Assembly (NCBI RefSeq): GCF_000014265.1
Contig: NC_008312.1
Span: forward strand, 7,020,001 to 7,052,000
Direction of reading: 5' to 3'
Source of the DNA: Trichodesmium erythraeum IMS101
Lineage (GTDB): Bacteria; Cyanobacteriota; Cyanobacteriia; Cyanobacteriales; Microcoleaceae
DNA length: 32,000 nt
Below the pieces are notes generated by a model, which made no database searches, had not been told where the DNA came from, and saw only the letters and a list, made by a program, of their open reading frames with translations. A program made the position numbers and the translations under genes. Below are positions 28,253 to 32,000 of the stretch, piece after piece; the first letter of the stretch is position 1, and the number at the start of each line of letters is the position of its first letter.

Positions 28253-28897
28253 ATTTCGTTTCCTCGTTCAGATTGATTATAAAATATAATTATACCCTCA
28301 GTATTTCCATTATTTATTCTGCTCAAATAGCCCTCAGTAGAGAGCGAGCAACAAAAAGAATTATATGATTCTCTAAAAATTACCTTGACTTTACAAAATC
28401 AATTTCAGTTTAGCTTTTATTGTCAATTAATTATATACTGGAATCTAGACTAAATTTTAGGGTATTCAAATAATCTGTTCAGAAAGCTTTGAATACTTGG
28501 AACTTAGAACCCTTAGCTAATATTAAGCGGGGCAGATATTTTCGTAATTAATTGATGATTTTTCTTTTTTGGCGAGTTTGGGTATTGTAAGTTTATTCAA
28601 ACTATTTAAAACGTTTTTCAAAGGCACAATTATCCTATAGGAAAAGCTGTAGATAATTGATTTAAAATTCCTGAAAATGCTGCAAAATAAATATTTGCCA
28701 ATAAAGTCATGCTTCTATCACTTTAGTCTTCCATGTGCAAGTTTATAACAACCAATAATAAAGTCTAAATCCCAGTTATATAAGCAGTTACACAACATTA
28801 ATTATACATCTATAAAAGCTGAATTCTTTACATTATAAAGATATCAGATAATTTGAATAGGTAAATAATTTTGTAATGGTATTTAGTCAACAATGGA

Positions 28898-29746
28898 ATG
28901 CCAGAGTTAATCATATCAAAACTGATATTTATGAATAACAACATAACAGAAAAAACAACTCCAGAGTCAAATCAAATTACAAACATTTTAGTTTTAGGTG
29001 CAACAGGGGGAGTAGGTCAAATCGTAGTTGCCAAATTAATCACCCAAAATTATCAAGTTATTGCCATAGTTAGAAATATGGAAAAAGCTCAAAAATTATT
29101 TGGTAATTCAGCAAATATTAAAATTTTGCCAGGAGATGTTCGTGAAAAAAAACCTCTAGAAAAATCTCTAGCAAATCAACAAATAGATGCCGCTATTTCT
29201 TGTGTCGGAACTACAGCTTTTCCTTCAACTAGATGGTGGGGGGGTAACACACCGGAAAATATTGATTATTTAGGTAATCAAAATTTAATTAATGTAATGC
29301 CTAATAATTTAAAAAGATTTATTTTAGTTTCTTCCGTAGGTGTTGAACATCCTGAAGAATTTCCTTATAAAATTCTCAATTTATTTAGAGTTTTAGATTA
29401 TAAATTCAAAGCAGAAAATATCTTAAAGAGTTCTAGTTTACCTTACACAATTATTAGACCAGGTAGACTAACAGATGGTCCTTATACTTCTTACGATTTA
29501 AATACATTAATCAAAGCAACAAGTGGAAATCGCAAAAAAATTGTTGTTGGTCAAGGAGATAAATTACTCGGTGAAACCAGTAGAATTATTGTTGCTGAAG
29601 CTTGTGTAGAAGCTCTCAAATTAGACTGTACAATTAACCAAACTTTTGAAATAATTAATCAGGTTGGAAAAAACGAAATTTCTGATGATGATAAATCATT
29701 ATTTTGGCAAACATTATTGACAAAAGCACAAGAAAATAATTCTTGA
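28898..29746 (+). CDS. NAD(P)H-binding SDR-superfamily (atypical, NmrA/Tic62-like) oxidoreductase
   Basis: It carries ILVLGATGGVGQIVVAKL, then FILVSSVG and YTIIRPGRLTDGP. The alternative start at ATG 28931 (MNNNITEK) is equally plausible. Confidence 0.85.
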   Translation: MPELIISKLIFMNNNITEKTTPESNQITNILVLGATGGVGQIVVAKLITQNYQVIAIVRNMEKAQKLFGNSANIKILPGDVREKKPLEKSLANQQIDAAISCVGTTAFPSTRWWGGNTPENIDYLGNQNLINVMPNNLKRFILVSSVGVEHPEEFPYKILNLFRVLDYKFKAENILKSSSLPYTIIRPGRLTDGPYTSYDLNTLIKATSGNRKKIVVGQGDKLLGETSRIIVAEACVEALKLDCTINQTFEIINQVGKNEISDDDKSLFWQTLLTKAQENNS

Positions 29747-29752
29747 TCATAG

Positions 29753-29851
29753 TAGGTGGGGTTAAGCAGTAGCGCCACTAAACAAATACAACGTTATTGT
29801 TAATGGTGCTTAAAAAATTTTCAATTGAGTTTCCTGAGTTAACCCTACCTA
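29753..29851. repeat. 99-bp element bounded by 13-bp inverted repeats (MITE-like or long hairpin)
   Basis: TAGGTGGGGTTAA (29753-29765) versus TTAACCCTACCTA (29839-29851): 12 of 13 complementary, and the mismatch is a G-T pair. It starts 7 nt after the SDR stop codon. Confidence 0.4.
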
Positions 29852-30473
29852 AAAAATGCTACAGAATAAGGAGAGAAGTAGGGAAGGTTAATGATTTTTT
29901 CATCACAATTAGGAAATATTTTAGTTTAGTCATTTTTCTTTTTTTTGTTGAGTATTTGTTTTGAGTTTACTCCAATTTAGTTTAGATAAAAGCTTTGTGG
30001 AACCATGAAGAATCCTAACTTGTAACTATTGATTTGTGTAAGTTTGAGCTACAAGGTGAAATAAAACAATACATTTTTTATCCCAGTTTTAGTAAGAGCA
30101 TTAAGCTATTAGCAGTCAGCTCTCAGCTTTTGAATTTATGAACTACTAAGATTACCTGATAACCAATTACATATCCTTTCCTTTCCTTTCATAACATACG
30201 AAATGGGTAGCAAACGGAATCCTGTGCAAACATAATTTTTAACTCTTCTTGAAGGGTAATTCCTCCTTCTAGCTGATAGCTGATAAATGGCAGCCAAATG
30301 CTTATATACGAGATTTCAAAGGAAACAATTTTTTTATAGGGAGAATAAATTCACCATGCTTGAAAAAGGGAGGCTTGAGACTCTATTTTTTGTCATTAAT
30401 AATAATCTAATTTTCTTTGATTTAAGCATTTTTTACATGATCATGGAAAATATCTTGAGGAGCTATAAGCTTA

Positions 30474-31247
30474 CTACAACTTTAACACTTGATATTGCAC
30501 ACCTGTTTCAAAAATTCTTACCCCTCCACCTTCAGCAACAGTTTGTTTTAAAACTTCAACATTACTAACAGTAACTCCTGCCAAATAATTAATCCCAAAT
30601 GCCTTTAACTCTAATAACCAAGGCATACTTGGACCCATCAAAACTAACTGAGAATTTTTTGCCAACTCTACCAACCGCGGAAAAGTTTTATTAGCAATAG
30701 AAGTCGCTGTTAAAAAGACCCATTCGGCCTCCGGTAATAAATATTCTGATGCAGTGTCCGGAAAGTCCTCTGCTCCCGGTTGCCGTTCAATGACAGTCAT
30801 CTCCATTTCATTCTGATAACGAGACAACTTAGGATACCTACCAATAATAGCAACTTTTTTTCCACGGATCATTGGTAAAAAATATTCAAATACTGCCAAA
30901 TTCCCAGGTCCATAAGGAGATAAGGGTTCTGCTTGAGTCGGAGGTAGCTTTTCCTTTCGCACAGCAGATCTTCGATTTATCTCTGCATTAATAGTTGCCA
31001 TTCCCACAGTTGCCTCAAAGCTATTCCAAGACCGCAACCATGATGCCAACTCTTTCGCAGGTTTATTTACTAGAGTTCCTGACCAAGGCAATGTGCGCGT
31101 AGTTGTACCCGGGCTCATACATAAACCAATACCTTCAGTTTCACATAAAGTCCAGGTTAAACCTATTAATATTTTTTTGATAGGAGTCGTAGTGTTGCCA
31201 TATTCTAACAATAAATCATATATTTCTTTTGGATGTATGATAGTCAT
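30474..31247 (-). CDS. DUF4213/DUF364 (Rossmann-like, putative metal-chelation) protein
   Basis: 257-aa ORF. The N-terminal part is ILIGLTWTLCETEGIGLCMSP and the C-terminal part is VAIIGRYP...VIERQP...EWVFLTATSIANKT...VLMGPS...GVTV. The layout matches that two-domain family as I recall it. Confidence 0.75.
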   Translation of the reverse strand: MTIIHPKEIYDLLLEYGNTTTPIKKILIGLTWTLCETEGIGLCMSPGTTTRTLPWSGTLVNKPAKELASWLRSWNSFEATVGMATINAEINRRSAVRKEKLPPTQAEPLSPYGPGNLAVFEYFLPMIRGKKVAIIGRYPKLSRYQNEMEMTVIERQPGAEDFPDTASEYLLPEAEWVFLTATSIANKTFPRLVELAKNSQLVLMGPSMPWLLELKAFGINYLAGVTVSNVEVLKQTVAEGGGVRIFETGVQYQVLKL

Positions 31248-31404
31248 TGCAGTTATTAGTTATAAGTTATTAGTTAGTCTTCTGTAGAGGAACTGGATGA
31301 ACTCCTCCATAAATTACGTAGAATTACTATATTTAATAGGGTTTAATGGCAGTTAAACTCTACATCTAGTGTATATTTATCTGTGTAGTTAAGTCTTGAC
31401 CTGA

Positions 31405-31421
31405 TCAGTCTAGTAGACTGA
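31405..31421. promoter_or_regulatory. Perfect 17-bp palindrome TCAGTCTAGTAGACTGA upstream of the DUF364 gene
   Basis: 8-bp arms around a central G, about 158 nt upstream of the ATG at 31247. It is operator-like in form only. Confidence 0.3.
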
Positions 31422-32000
31422 CACATATTTAATGGTTTAATAAGTGTAGGTTTGGCAGCATCGAACGTAGCAAGAGCCCGTCAGGGTAACCCAACCACAA
31501 TAACACTTATATTTATATAAGGCTTACATTTTTATATCTGTTAGTCCGTGAAAGGGAGTTGGATGGCTAAAATTTATAACAGTTTTCACTTTATAACTAC
31601 AAAACTTTTGCCTGACTCCAAAAGTGCATAAGTGTCTTGAAGCAAAAATATCTGTATTTTGGAATAATGAAAACTGCTATAAGCTGTGAAAGGCATTTAA
31701 AAATCTCTCCTAACGCACCATTTTACTTATGTCAGTTTAGTATTATTATATAGGATATTATATAATATATGTCTATAATTCTATATTTAATTTTAAGGAT
31801 TATTCTTTAAGTGTTTAAGATTATACTTAATTTCAAATCAAAACTCCACTCTTCAATTTGAGATGGGGTATAAGCATTCAATCAGCAGATTTGATATTAG
31901 CGTGCCTAATTCTCTAACTTTGAGTAAGTTTACTTGTTATAAATTTTGATATTCAAAACTCATCAATTCAGACTGAGTCATAGTAATAATTAACCATTAA

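Noticed and set aside
30287-30568. 93-codon plus-strand ORF overlapping the 3' end of the DUF364 gene
   Set aside because: It overlaps a well-supported gene on the other strand, is low-complexity and AT-driven, and has no family resemblance.
31441-31500. Cobalamin riboswitch or tRNA fragment in the GC-rich island upstream of the DUF364 gene
   Set aside because: None of the conserved cobalamin core elements (GGGAA, GGTGAAA-TCC, GCCACTG context) are present in order. The GTTCGAT segment lacks complementary T-stem arms, so no cloverleaf can be drawn.

Overview
This is an AT-rich cyanobacterial chromosome segment. The taxon call rests on about 20 copies of the HIP1 octamer GCGATCGC, phased heptamer (STRR-like) arrays and the genes ycf3 and ycf23-like. 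A filamentous Nostocales-like or Trichodesmium-like host is only an inference.

Supported genes:
- homoserine dehydrogenase
- GHL10/DUF187-like protein
- FemAB-like/DUF482 protein
- cytosine-deaminase-like amidohydrolase
- Ycf23-like protein
- 1010-aa PPC-repeat M23 peptidase
- YaaW-like protein
- renalase-like FAD oxidoreductase
- MOSC protein
- Wzy_C/O-antigen-ligase-like membrane protein
- gatC
- ycf3
- SH3b protein
- NAD(P)-binding SDR
- DUF364/DUF4213 protein

By my own tally of the calls, only about half of the 32 kb is intact CDS. The rest is long AT-rich spacers and insertion-sequence debris of at least six types. This includes a base-exact three-deep nested insertion at 956-4179: IS903-like inside IS427-like inside IS630-like. 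There are also MITE-like elements, a 107-bp tandem repeat and a frameshifted methyltransferase.

I recognised no rRNA, tRNA or CRISPR array. I did not find a convincing multi-gene novel system. The most unusual single locus is the M23 peptidase gene. It has no visible signal peptide, three PPC-like modules and four tandem 282-291-bp repeats, three of which are nearly identical. A decayed accessory patch follows it directly.

All family names are recalled from motif resemblance, not from searches.
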